From: Laetmonice hystrix
Lineage: Eukaryota
DNA length: 64,000 nucleotides
Assembly: GCA_965235115.1 (NCBI GenBank)
Contig: OZ249436.1
Span: 50,284,001-50,348,000 of the forward strand
Reading direction: 5' to 3'
Both the position numbers and the translations under genes were made by a program. The notes below the pieces were generated by a model. The model was not told the origin of the DNA. It saw only the letters and a program-made list of their open reading frames with translations, and searched no databases. Below, piece after piece: positions 13,052 through 26,052 of the stretch; the stretch's first letter is position 1; every line of letters starts with the position of its first letter.

Positions 13052-14425
13052 TTAGATCACACCGTTTTCCCAGCTCTGCCTGATTTTGGTACCTGTCGTT
13101 TCAATCATCCTAAAGCCTTTACTGCCAACTGTCTCCCCAGTGACTGGATCGTCTGGGATGAGAGAGGATGTCTCCAGGTTATCATAGGCCACGCCTCCAT
13201 GGCTGGCGGCAGACTCAGAGGTGGGAGGTTTAAGCTGGGCTGAGTCTGAGCTGTTTCTACGTACTGTGCTCCACGTCAGATTAGAATCGATTACACTGAG
13301 GGTGAGGGCTCTAACACCCCCTCTTTTGTCAGCTGCCCCCTCATCTTGGGAGCAATTATGGCCTGCAGAGGCGGCTGTGTCCTTGCATGACAGGAAAGGA
13401 TGGCCCTGGTCTGTCTGGTGCCAAACCGATGAGCCGCTCTGGCTTTGGCGTAGATTGTTGGTTCTATCAACACCAACGGCACGACGTCCAAGGATGGTGT
13501 CATCAGTCACATGTGGCCTGACACTGGCAGATTGAATTGGACCACCAGTCACATCTGAGCCATTGTTGCTGGACTGGGTGGGGCCACCCGTCACACGTGG
13601 GTCACTGTTGCCGGACTGGGTGGGGCCACCAGTCACACGTGGGTCACTGTTGCCGGACTGGGTGGGGCCACCAGTCACACGTGGGTCACTGTTGCCAGAC
13701 TGGGTGGGGCCACCCGTCACACGTGGGTCACTGTTGCCGGACTGGGTGGGGCCACCAGTCACACGTGGGCCACTGTTGCCGGACTGGGTGGAGCCACCAG
13801 TCACATGTGGGTCACTGTTGCCGGACTGGGTGGGGCCACCAGTCACATGTGGGCCACTACTGCCTGGATAGGTGCGGCCATTTCCGCCTACCTGCGTGGG
13901 GCGACCAGTTACAGCTGAGTCACTGCTGCCTGTCTGGGTTGAGCCACCAGACACACTTTGGTTGCTTGGTGAGGTTTCCACAACATCAAAACTGTAATTC
14001 AAGTTAGTTCCAGGGTTCTGCTGTAGCCCTAGGTATCGTTTTGTGCTGGAATAACTGCCCGTTTGCTGTTCCTTGACGTTCTCCTGTCGTAGAGATGCAC
14101 TGCCAGGAGGTTCAGAGACATATTCTTGTCGCGGAACCTTTCGCGAACTGTTGCTATATTCTTCATGATATACTGGATATAGAGTGGTGCTCTGGGTCAC
14201 ATTGATGTCGGGTTTGGTGAATGAGATTTGGTTTGAACGAATTGTGCCGCCATGTCTTCTCATGTTTTCTATCACAGATGACTGGTTACTGATCTCATTC
14301 CATACCAGAGTGGTAGGATTCACAGTGAAGGCGCCATGTTCATGTTTCTCTGGGCCATCGCCAGTTGGCCTAGCAAAACCCTTGCCGTACAGCAAAACTA
14401 TGATCAGTGTCCATAACTGCATCAT
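13052..14425 (-). CDS. Secreted Ser/Thr/Gly-rich repeat protein ORF (457 aa from first ATG); alternative first coding exon of the collagen gene or a nested gene
   Basis: Long ORF, mostly non-repetitive. Starts MMQLWTLIIVLLYGKGFA (signal-peptide-like) with an in-frame TAG upstream (14446-14444) and an acceptor ttttatttgttacgtag at 14478. Contains 14-aa repeats and many N-x-S/T sequons. Candidate phase-1 donors after 13093 and 13063. Confidence 0.75.
   Translation of the reverse strand: MMQLWTLIIVLLYGKGFARPTGDGPEKHEHGAFTVNPTTLVWNEISNQSSVIENMRRHGGTIRSNQISFTKPDINVTQSTTLYPVYHEEYSNSSRKVPRQEYVSEPPGSASLRQENVKEQQTGSYSSTKRYLGLQQNPGTNLNYSFDVVETSPSNQSVSGGSTQTGSSDSAVTGRPTQVGGNGRTYPGSSGPHVTGGPTQSGNSDPHVTGGSTQSGNSGPRVTGGPTQSGNSDPRVTGGPTQSGNSDPRVTGGPTQSGNSDPRVTGGPTQSGNSDPRVTGGPTQSSNNGSDVTGGPIQSASVRPHVTDDTILGRRAVGVDRTNNLRQSQSGSSVWHQTDQGHPFLSCKDTAASAGHNCSQDEGAADKRGGVRALTLSVIDSNLTWSTVRRNSSDSAQLKPPTSESAASHGGVAYDNLETSSLIPDDPVTGETVGSKGFRMIETTGTKIRQSWENGVI
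13505..13955 (-). repeat. Coding 42-bp tandem repeat (VTGGPTQSGNSDPR), about 7 good plus 3 degenerate copies
   Basis: Directly visible; frame-preserving, with no indels in the core copies. Confidence 0.95.
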
Positions 14426-15360
14426 ATGTGATGTTAACAAACACTATGCAGTGGTCATAGAGCTCTGTGACTAGAATCTACGTAACAAATAAAACACTAT
14501 TCGCACAAAACTCCCATCTGCTACCTTTCTCCTGATAATGCAGTTTTCCCAGGGCATTGGAAACGCGACTCCAAGTTGAGTGAGACGTTGACAGCAGTGG
14601 TCCTGATACTATTTCCTGATTCACTGGTAGTTAATGCTAATCCTCTGATAGTCTTGTTTCAGTTAAGCGTCTGGATCCTTCCATGAGAATAATCCCCACG
14701 CCTGTCAGTGACTTCAATGTCTCCGTCTCCAGAGTGGTGATCAAAGGTTTGCTGTATTCCCAGATACAATGGACTCCATGTCCACGTTTGGGGTCAGACT
14801 TTCCACGTTTCCGACCATCACTGGTCAGGCCTGTACAACCACGATTGTTCCACGGACCAACTGCGTCCGCCTATGTTCCCGGACCGCCTCGTGCCGGGGC
14901 AGTGTTAAAGGGGTCCAAGGAAACGATCGGAAACGGAACCAATGGGAGCCGCCAGATGGCGTGCCGGTCGAGCATCCACGCCGGATCTTTAGATAGCCGA
15001 TCTCTTCAGCCAACTGCGAGTTGGTCTACAGTTGGCATCCCTACTGAACTGGAGATGGTGGTCTATATATCATTACGTCAGACATAGAAGGAAATCTTCA
15101 GAATTTACTAAAATTAATTAATGGTGGTCAGAGAAATAATTTTATGACTGAATAGAAAGGTGATGAATCAAGCACCACTTTAGATTCATGAGATTACAAT
15201 AATTAATGTTCACTGTATCAGGGTTCTTGCGTGCTCTGGACTATAAACAATCATATCACAGTTAATCAAATGATGACTGCATGTATACAGATGCGGATTC
15301 AATGCCGGGGCGTCCACTTATTACTTTTGCAGATTGGACGTGTCATCGATACGGATTACC

Positions 15361-16232
15361 CCCGCTAGCCCCCCGCCCGCTAGCCCCCCGTTTAGACAAG
15401 GCCGAAGGTGTGAGAAATCTGTGCCGGTAGCCCCCCGCTCGGCTGTTCCACTCCCTGACACTACCCCCCCCCCCCCCCACACACACACACACACACACCA
15501 CACACACACACACCACTGGGGCGTGGACGGAGTTAGTAGGGGGGGTGTCAACGGCGGGACTTGGCGGTTCATATGCTGCCGATGCAGGCAGGTCAGCCAG
15601 CCCCCCTAAAGAAAAAAAAGGGTTGACTCCCGATTGCACCAGTTAGGCTTAGACTATGATATGCCACAGAATGATGGAGTCCTATATGAAGGCGGTTGGC
15701 CATATGATGGACAATACTACTGGTACTAAGTAAGGCAGTGGTTGAGTGTATAACTGTGATTCTAACTAACACGATAATACAGATTCAGTCTCGTAACACC
15801 CGTAATCAGTCATTTATATATCTAGTAACACCCCCTAATTATTTGTCGCTTGCCTTTTAGTTATCCCTTAACAAAGAACTATACATTACAGGCGCGGATC
15901 CAAGGGGGGGGTCCAGGGGGTCCGGACCCCCCCCCCCTGCTCAGGACCAACTTAGGTTTTTGCTATGGTGTCAGCGAAGGAGTATTGCCCCCTCCCCCAG
16001 CGGCTCGCATCTTTCGGACCCCCCCCCTCCTGCAAAAATTCCTGGATCCGCGCCTGCATTAGGCCTACAATGCAAGTTCTTTGCCTTTACCATCCCTGAC
16101 CGCTGACCACCCCAAATCTCATAAGGGGGTAGTGTCTGATAGTGGAACAGCCGAGCGGGGGGCTAGCGGCACAGATTTCTCACACCTTCGGCCCTGCCTA
16201 AACGGGGGGCTAGCGGGCGGGGGGCTAGCGGG
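15361..16232. repeat. Inverted repeat pair, arms of about 107 bp (15361-15468 and 16126-16232)
   Basis: cccgctagccccccgcccgctagccccccgtttagacaaggccgaaggtgtgagaaatctgtgcc... matches the reverse complement of 16126-16232 with few mismatches. Confidence 0.9.
15889..16056. mobile_element. 168-bp MITE
   Basis: Perfect 14-bp TIR CAGGCGCGGATCCA / TGGATCCGCGCCTG; 5-bp direct repeat CATTA on both sides (15884-15888, 16057-16061). Confidence 0.88.
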
Positions 16233-17846
16233 ATGATACCATCGATACATAGACCTAAAGTCAGGAAGATACAGAAGGCACTCAATTATTGGTGCCAGTA
16301 CTGAAAGTCAAGGTGAGTCTCCACGGGAAATTATTTCACAAATGTTCCTATCATAATCGTTTTTATAGTTAAAAACTAATTTTACTACGCCAAGTTAGGC
16401 GATACGCCCACTGAGGCAGATCGCCAATAATTTCTCTCAGCAAATATAGGTAGCACGCCAGTCGTCTAACAGCTAGTTCCAGCATGATCCAGTGGGTGGC
16501 AGCAGCTAACTGTCGTGGAATGACCACAGAGCCACCTAGCGGGTGAGCCGGGAACCAGCTCACGTTAGAGTAACATCTCGTATATCACACAAGAGGGCAT
16601 GTCAGTCATTATCCACTAGGTGGCAGCAGCTAACTTCCATGAGAACACATTACCACGTGTACGCGACATCGAGATTGACACTCTCCCGGTATCCGATAGG
16701 AGGATTCAGGGGGGTGTTTCACTAGCGTTCACTTGTCCGAGCCATCCGTCGCTTGATTAAAAGTCGGACATGCGTCAGGTGTTAGACCTGTCTGTGTAGG
16801 ACATGTCTCACGTGACTCTCACCGTAAATCTAACCCTTCAGGCCGACAGTCCACAGGCCCTAGCGGCGAAGGGATGAACCACGACGATAAGTTCCCGCGT
16901 CCACGCCTTTATCGTCTGCTATATATTAGATAGAGACGCATGCAGACGCAGCAGGTGGTTTCCACAAGTGTCCGCCAGATGTCGGTAAAGTCAACTCTCA
17001 CCGTCCACAGTTCGCACTATTAGAAGTGCACACGAGGTCGGATTGTGCACAGCAAGCTTCGTTCAGCGAGGGACATTTGCTGAGAGTGTATAGACTGTTT
17101 GTGACGAATCAGCAAGATCGAGAAAGAAAGAAAAAAAGCAAGAAAGCAAGAAATACAGCAAGAAAGAAAGAAAGAAAACGAGAATATTTTTTAGTTATTG
17201 ACATTCCTGCCAACAGGTAAATGGCAAGTCACATTAATCTTGCTATTAACTGCTCACGAAGAGGTACAACTCATTTCCAATAAATGCAACATGTCAGTAG
17301 GATTGCACACAACATCAACGGCTGGTTATACAGAACGGTTCGAATGTGGAATTCATGCCTTTATTCTGACTGAGAATGACACACTGATGAGAGAGAAGCC
17401 AAACGAGGGCAACTTCACATCAAACTAGGGGGTTGAGGAATGGGACCAGTAACAGCGTACGAGTTCAGACTTACGCTTACGATGTCAAGAACCCCATATG
17501 GGCCCGCCGGGGCCTGCCCATCTCCCGCAATTTTTAATCATCGTAGGCGATGTGGGGGCAGCCGCTTCTTACGCTTGACTGACCCCTAGCGGCAAACGGG
17601 CGAATTGCACCGAGCCCCATGCTGGCTCGCCAATGATGATTGCATTATTGATCGCCAGGGGGCCGTGGGTTCAAGTTGTCACCAGAATCTGTGACCTCGA
17701 CGGGTCAAGATAACTCGCGTTTACGACATAATGTAATCACGTGTGTTTAAACAATATAGACACGTGTTATACTAATAACAACTGAGCACTAAATCAAGGT
17801 TACTCCTTTATGTTAAATGTAAATTAAATAGGCCGATTAGAATAGG

Positions 17847-18178
17847 CCTAGTTGCCAACATTGGAGAGTGAAAAAGAGGTAGATGCTTTTCTGTCCTGAG
17901 AAGCAGGGCAGCGCCATGTGCCGAAGGTACATGGCCTGCTAGGGGGGTCCGGGGGAATGCTCCCCCGGAAAAAATTAAAAATATAAGGTGCAAATCGTGC
18001 ATTCTCCTGCAATCTAGGATGAAAATCAACTTATGAAAGTCAGGCTTAGCATGAGGTAAAAGAACAAAACTGAAAAAAGCGGTAGATTTTTAATTATCAG
18101 AAATCCTTATGCGGTAGGCGGTAGCAGAGCTTAAAAAGCGGTATTCTACGGCCCAAAGCGGTAGAGTGGGCAACTATG
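17847..18178. mobile_element. MITE-like element
   Basis: Imperfect TIR CCTAGTTGCCAAC / GTGGGCAACTATG; repeated AAAGCGGTA subterminal motifs; internal ctaggggggtccgggggaatgctcccccggaaaa motif. No clear TSD. Confidence 0.65.
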
Positions 18179-18375
18179 GATTAGTCTCTTTCATGGATTC
18201 CAATTCTATGTTTTTACGTCGCCATAGCTTTCGTCAGCGAACTGGTGCGTATACTTCTCTAAAACATTACTTTAACTGCTATGAGAGCGTGTTGGCGGAT
18301 TACTTGGCCTATGTCCTTGCCGACTCCCAAAGGGATAAATAATACTGGCTGGGGAGAACGACGCGGGGAGGCCCC

Positions 18376-21300
18376 CTCTCTGTGTGTCGGACTGTTAGAT
18401 CATCCTCTCTGTGTGTCGGACCGTTAGATCCTCCTCCCTGTGTGTCGGACCGTTAGATCATCCTCTCTGTGTGTCGGACCGTTAGATCCTCCTCCCATCT
18501 CTGTGTGTCGGACCGTTAGATCCTCCTCCCTGTGTGTCGGACCGTTAGATCATCCTCTCTGTGTGTCGGACCGTTAGATCATCCTCCCTGTGTGTCGGAC
18601 CGTTAGATCATCCTCTCTGTGTGTCGGACCGTTAGATCATCCTCCCTGTGTGTCGGACCGTTAGATCCTCCTCCCTGTGTGTCGGACCGTTAGATCATCC
18701 TCTCTGTGTGTCGGACCGTTAGATCATCCTCCCTGTGTGTCGGACCGTTAGATCATCCTCCCTGTGTGTCGGACCGTTAGATCATCCTCCCTGTGTGTCG
18801 GACCGTTAGATCATCCTCTCTGTGTGTCGGACCGTTAGATCATCCTCCCTGTGTGTCGGACCGTTAGATCCTCCTCCCATCTCTGTGTGTCGGACCGTTA
18901 GATCCTCCTCCCATCTCTGTGTGTCGGACCGTTAGATCCTCCTCCCTGTGTGTCGGACCGTTAGATCCTCCTCCCTGTGTGTCGGACCGTTAGATCATCC
19001 TCCCTGTGTGTCGGACTGTTAGATCATCCTCCCATCTCTGTGTGTCGGACCGTTAGATCATCCTCCCATCTCTGTGTGTCGGACCGTTAGATCATCCTCC
19101 CTGTGTGTCGGACCGTTAGATCATCCTCCCTGTGTGTCGGACCGTTAGATCATCCTCCCATCTCTGTGTGTCGGACCGTTAGATCATCCTCCCTGTGTGT
19201 CGGACCGTTAGATCATCCTCCCTGTGTGTCGGACTGTTAGATCATCCTCCCATCTCTGTGTGTCGGACCGTTATATCATCCTCCCATCTCTGTGTGTCGG
19301 ACCGTTAGATCATCCTCTCTGTGTGTCGGACCGTTAGATCATCCTCCCATCTCTGTGTGTCGGACCGTTAGATCATCCTCCCATCTCTGTGTGTCGGACC
19401 GTTAGATCATCCTCTCTGTGTGTCGGACCGTTAGATCATCCTCCCTGTGTGTCGGACCGTTAGATCATCCTCCCTGTGTGTCGGACCGTTAGATCATCCT
19501 CTCTGTGTGTCGGACCGTTAGATCATCCTCCCTGTGTGTCGGACCGTTAGATCCTCCTCCCTGTGTGTCGGACCGTTAGATCCTCCTCCCTGTGTGTCGG
19601 ACCGTTAGATCATCCTCCCATCTCTGTGTGTCGGACCGGTAGATCATCCTCCCTGTGTGTCGGACCGTTAGATCATCCTCCCTGTGTGTCGGACCGGTAG
19701 ATCATCCTCCCATCTCTGTGTGTCGGACCGGTAGATCATCATCCCTGTGTGTCGGACCGGTAGATCATCCTCCCTGTGTGTCGGACCGTTAGATCATCCT
19801 CCCATCTCTGTGTGTCGGACCGTCAGATCATCCTCCCTGTGTGTCGGACCGGTAGATCATCCTCTCTGTGTGTCGGACCGTTAGATCATCCTCCCTGTGT
19901 GTCGGACCGTTAGATCATCCTCCCTGTGTGTCGGACCGTTAGATCATCCTCTCTGTGTGTCGGACCGTTAGATCATCCTCCCTGTGTGTCGGACTGTTAG
20001 ATCATCCTCCCTGTGTGTCGGACCGTTAGATCATCCTCTCTGTGTGTCGGACCGTTAGATCATCCTCCCTGTGTGTCGGACTGTTAGATCATCCTCCCTG
20101 TGTGTCGGACCGTTAGATCATCCTCCCTGTGTGTCGGACCGTTAGATCATCCTCTCTGTGTGTCGGACCGTTAGATCATCCTCTCTGTGTGTCGGACCGT
20201 TAGATCATCCTCTCTGTGTGTCGGACCGTTAGATCATCCTCCCTGTGTGTCGGACCGTTAGATCCTCCTCCCTGTGTGTCGGACCGTCAGATCATCCTCC
20301 CTGTGTGTCGGACCGTTAGATCATCCTCTCTGTGTGTCGGACCGTCAGATCATCCTCCCTGTGTGTCAGACCGTTAGATCATCCTCCCTGTGTGTCGGAC
20401 CGTTAGATCATCCTCCCTGTGTGTCGGACCGTTAGATCATCCTCTCTGTGTGTCGGACCGTTAGATCATCCTCCCTGTGTGTCGGACCGTTAGATCATCC
20501 TCTCTGTGTGTCGGACCGTTAGATCATCCTCCCTGTGTGTCGGACCGTTAGATCCTCCTCTCTGTGTGTCGGACCGTCAGATCATCCTCCCTGTGTGTCG
20601 GACCGTTAGATCATCCTCTCTGTGTGTCGGACCGTCAGATCATCCTCCCTGTGTGTCGGACCGTTAGATCATCCTCCCTGTGTGTCGGACCGTCAGATCA
20701 TCCTCCCTGTGTGTCGGACCGTTAGATCATCCTCTCTGTGTGTCGGACCGTTAGATCATCCTCTCTGTGTGTCGGACCGTTAGATCATCCTCTCTGTGTG
20801 TCGGACCGTTAGATCATCCTCTCTGTGTGTCGGACCGTTAGATCATCCTCCCTGTGTGTCGGACTGTTAGATCATCCTCCCTGTGTGTCGGACCGTTAGA
20901 TCATCCTCCCTGTGTGTCGGACCGTTAGATCATCCTCCCTGTGTGTCGGACCGTCAGATCATCCTCCCTGTGTGTCGGACCGTTAGATCATCCTCTCTGT
21001 GTGTCGGACCGTTAGATCATCCTCCCTGTGTGTCGGACCGTTAGATCATCCTCTCTGTGTGTCGGACCGTTAGATCATCCTCCCCTCTCTGTGTGTCGGA
21101 CCGTTAGATCACCCTCCCTGTGTGTCGGACCGTTAGATCATCCTCTCTGTGTGTCGGACTGTTAGATCATCCTCTCTGTGTGTCGGACCGTTAGATCATC
21201 CTCCCTGTGTGTCGGACCGTTAGATCATCCTCCCTGTGTGTCGGACCGTTAGATCATCCTCTCTGTGTGTCGGACCGTTAGATCATCCTCCCTGTGTGTC

Positions 21301-22819
21301 GGACCGTTAGATCATCCTCCCTGTGTGTCGGACTGTTAGATCATCCTCCCTGTGTGTCGGACCGTTAGATCATCCTCCCCTCTCTGTGTGTCGGACCGTT
21401 AGATCATCCTCCCTGTGTGTCGGACCGTTAGATCATCCTCCCTGTGTGTCGGACCGTTAGATCATCCTCCCCTCTCTGTGTGTCGGACCGTTAGATCATC
21501 CTCTCTGTGTGTCGCACCGTTAGATCATCCTCCCTGTGTGTCGGACTGTTAGATCATCCTCTCTGTGTGTCGGACCGTTAGATCATCCTCCCATCTCTGT
21601 GTGTCGGACTGTTAGATCATCCTCCCTGTGTGTCGGACCGTTAGATCATCCTCTCTGTGTGTCGGACCGTTAGATCCTCCTCCCTGTGTGTCGGACCGTT
21701 AGATCATCCTCCCTGTGTGTCGGACCGTTAGATCATCCTCCCCTCTCTGTGTGTCGGACCGTTAGATCATCCTCTCTGTGTGTCGGACCGTTAGATCATC
21801 CTCCCTGTGTGTCGGACTGTTAGATCATCCTCCCTGTGTGTCGGACCGTTAGATCATCCTCCCTGTGTGTCGGACCGTTAGATCATCCTCCCTGTGTGTC
21901 GGACCGTTAGATCATCCTCCCATCTCTGTGTGTCGGACCGTTAGATCATCCTCCCTGTGTGTCGGACCGTTAGATCATCCTCCCCTCTCTGTGTGTCGGA
22001 CCGTTAGATCATCCTCCCTGTGAGTCGGACCGTTAGATCATCCTCCCTGTGTGTCGGACCGTTAGATCATCCTCCCATCTCTGTGTGTCGGACCGTTAGA
22101 TCATCCTCCCTGTGTGTCGGACTGTTAGATCATCCTCCCTGTGTGTCGGACCGTTAGATCATCCTCCCTGTGTGTCGGACCGTTAGATCATCCTCCCATC
22201 TCTGTGTGTCGGACCGTTAGATCATCCTCCCTGTGTGTCGGACTGTTAGATCATCCTCCCTGTGTGTCGGACCGTTAGATCATCCTCCCTGTGTGTCGGA
22301 CCGTTAGATCATCCTCTCTGTGTGTCGGACCGTTAGATCATCCTCCCTGTGTGTCGGACCGTTAGATCATCCTCTCTGTGTGTCGGACTGTTAGATCATC
22401 CTCTCTGTGTGTCGGACCGTTAGATCATCCTCCCTGTGTGTCGGACCGTTAGATCATCCTCCCTGTGTGTCGGACCGTTAGATCATCCTCCCTGTGTGTC
22501 GGACCGTTAGATCATCCTCTCTGTGTGTCGGACCGTTAGATCATCCTCCCTGTGTGTCGGACCGTTAGATCATCCTCCCTGTGTGTCGGACCGTTAGATC
22601 ATCCTCCCTGTGTGTCGGACCGTTAGATCATCCTCCCATCTCTGTGTGTCGGACCGTTAGATCATCCTCTCTGTGTGTCGGACCGTTAGATCATCCTCCC
22701 TGTGTGTCGGACCGTTAGATCATCCTCCCATCTCTGTGTGTCTGACCGTTAGATCATCCTCCCTGTGTGTCGGACCGTTAGATCATCCTCCCTGTGTGTC
22801 GGACCGTTAGATCATCCTC
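18376..22819. repeat. Minisatellite, 29/34-bp units, roughly 150 copies
   Basis: Unit ctgtgtgtcggaccgttagatcatcctcY(catct). Confidence 0.99.
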
Positions 22820-23042
22820 ACAACCTTCTACTCGAGGGTTAACGTCGGGAAACCTTCAATGACCTCTCTATCTGCCGGCTGCTGATGGTAGGCCGACAGC
22901 TCAGTTTGTCAAGATAGCAGTGAAACCTTCTTACTGCGCTCCCTCCGGTGTGGTCGCCTGGGTATGCCGTGCAGGTACTACATGTTAATGTTGCCAAGGG
23001 TCAGTTAGTGCACACCATGCTTATGTACCCACTTCACGTTAC

Positions 23043-23132
23043 CTGTCATACCACCCGGGCCGATCAGCCCAGGCATTCCCATTTCACCCTTCTCCCCCGG
23101 ACTCCCCGAGAGTCCCGGCAAACCATTCAGAC
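23043..23132 (-). CDS. Collagen exon: GLNGLPGLSGSPGEKGEMGMPGLIGPGGMT
   Basis: 90 bp = 10 Gly-X-Y triplets; acceptor tttctctcgctcag, donor CAG|gtaacg; phase 1-1. Confidence 0.93.
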
Positions 23133-26052
23133 CTGAGCGAGAGAAACATAATGTCAAAGCCACACTTGAGGAAGATAGAAAAATTAAGATGAGCGATAAG
23201 AAAACACGGCACCGTATAGAAAGAGAAAAAAATACGCCAATGGGTCTAAGTTATGCTGGACCACTGAACGTAAATTACTCGTAGGTCTAGTAATAAGAAA
23301 ACAACACTTAAAGGTCCAGAAAAACGATGAAATTACCCCCTACAAGGAGGCCCATGTACCATCCTCGCCCATTAGGCCTATCTGTAACCTGGAGTTCAAA
23401 CAGTCAACAATATCAAAAACATAGATCTAAATGCATAAATACCAATGGCATCTCAGCAGAGCACAATGCCACTAATCTTAGAATCCCCTCCTTGCGCTCA
23501 TCATCAGAAATATAATGAGCAAGTCAGCTTCCGCTACAGGTCCAGGGCGGTGGTTAGCCTTGACTCCCAACTCAAAAACACGCGCGGGGATTCCCCGGAA
23601 GTGATAGGCCTACTATGAATTCTAGGAAATCGCTGACATCATTACCATCGGCGCTGATTCGAAAGATATATCTCTGTCGACGATAGAGTCCTGTATCTCT
23701 ACTCTTTCTTTTTTCTGACATAGGGCTATAGTGCATGATCATCATACATCTTGTATCGTTAGGGTTGAAAGGTACGTTGTCCCTTGTCTCGCCATCATAC
23801 ATCTCCCGGGCCTTTAGGATAGTAATAAACCATTGAAATACAGTCTATCTAGTCATCCAGATTGATTGCAAAAACACAACGTAACATAGGCCTAATGAAG
23901 TTTATTTATAAATGTCCGCCTTGATATAAATATGAGCGTGTGCTGCCACACTCAACCAACATGTTTGACATCTAATTAACGTTAAAATCCCTGCAGCCAG
24001 CTCCAGCCCAAAGGTAATAACACATAAACAACATTCCGATTCCTTTCTCTTCGCAATCTGTCTTTTGCTATCGCAGAAAAAGTGTTGCGTTTGAACGTCC
24101 AAGCCGCCATCCCTCACTGAGATAGGGTCGGTGGTTTAGTGTGCGATGGGCGGCCAACAGTCGGAGGCCATCAGTTTGACGATAATAACACCCAGGACGA
24201 GGGGCCCAGTATACTTTACTTCGACTCACCATGGCGTATTCTACAACTATCTCAGATCTCTGTGGGTATATCCTGACACAGCGAGGGTGCAGATCTTCGA
24301 TTCAAACTTATGGTTGTAGATCGGTGTCAAAGCAGAAAAGTTTAAAAATAATTTATATGTAGGCCTCGTGTATTCCAATCGAAAGGTTTGTGCAGATAGT
24401 TTTTATAGGCTGCAAGTGTAATGACTTCTGGTCTATCTAAATGAAGGACACGACAATGTAGGCCTATAGGTCTATAGATAGGTCTACGTGTGATATTCCT
24501 GAGTGTGTACACCACAGGTCTGTAGTCACCTTGAGAGACGAGCAGAGATGCTGAACTTTACCGCTTACTCGATGTCTCACCACGTTCTTCCTTTAGCCAG
24601 TACAACTGAGAAATTGCATTTGACTTGCCGTGTTTTCTGGCAACTATTTTCTGGTGAGCTTCTTTAATCCGGCACAGAGGGAAGGTCTTTGAAGACCATC
24701 TGGGACTCCACTTATCCCATTATCCACCAGAACTTTCAATGAAGAGAATTAAAATAGCGTCGATCTAAATCGGACCACCAGGATTCCGCACTGTCATTTG
24801 TTCAGATCAATAAAGTGTAAATAGGAATTCATGTTTGATATAAAAATATTCATCTGCAACCATGACACATGAGATTATTGTGTGAGTTTGCGGCATAAAC
24901 AGATGTTTTTCAGACATAATTCTTTGTGACAATGATCACGCCAAGATTTAGATCATCTTTGGACCAGTGCATGCATGATGCGATGTTCAGCAGAGAACTA
25001 CAGCTGAGAAAGCTGAGATATCATGAAGGCAACATGCATATTTCAGCCTCATTTGATACCTTCCTCTACACCGATTTATTATTTTATAGAATACTAATTA
25101 ACAATAATTAATCTAATTAACACGCCTCAGGTATTCGTGGTGAAATGTATGCAATATTATTGATATACCTGGATATATCATCTCCCTGAATTTAGCTTCA
25201 TGAAAACCTGCCATAATTTAATAAACCTATACGTTATAATAAAGTTGACTGGAGCGTTAACAAAAGAAAAATGCCACCAATGCAAAGCATTTTTAAGGTT
25301 GCGTTTTAGAAGACAAATTTGCAGAATGAATTTGTGGAAGCTTGATCCGTTTTCTCTCTTTGTCTACTTCAAAGCTCAAGGGGGGGCACACCCTGTTCAT
25401 AAAGGTTTACCATGGTAACCTTGCTTGGTAAACCTCCAATCAACTGCAACTTTGTTACACACATGCCGTCGCCACCCAATGATGAAAGTGACACGCTAAC
25501 AAACTTGCTGGGGCAAGAAGAACTCCGTCGGTAAGTTAAACCCACAGCGAGGCCAAACCAATTAGGGCTGAAAGGGTGCCGAGTTAATACCGTTTTACGT
25601 CTCAAACAAACGGCCCAGTCCCCTTTACCTCATGTCTTTCTCAACAATTACTTTCGCGTCACCGATAAGAAAAATATATTAGCATGATTTAAACCATCAA
25701 AGCATAATACGGAGCCAGCCCGGTCGGGTCCTTGGTAACATGGTGAAGAGTACATGTAGGTAGGGTGGGACTCGGAGCTGGCAGCTCTGAGACCTAAGTC
25801 TGGGTGGATGCCTTGGGCAATCAGTGATGATGGGCAATTGGTCCTTTACGAGGCAAGGGTCCAGCCGCCGTCCCTGTGTCCTACAAACAGGTCCATCTAC
25901 AAATAACCCATCCCAGACTCGCCAATAATCCCTCTTTCAAAATCCACTCCCATTCCCAGTTAAAAGCTGCTTGGTGTGGTCCATTTAGTTAACAGCAGTA
26001 GGGACGGAAGATCTGCATCTAAAGCGGGGGACCAGAGATCTTGAACTGTTTT

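Noticed and set aside
18376..22819. CRISPR-like appearance of the 29-36-bp repeats
   Set aside because: Units are head-to-tail with no unique spacers, there are no cas genes, and the context is a spliceosomal intron.
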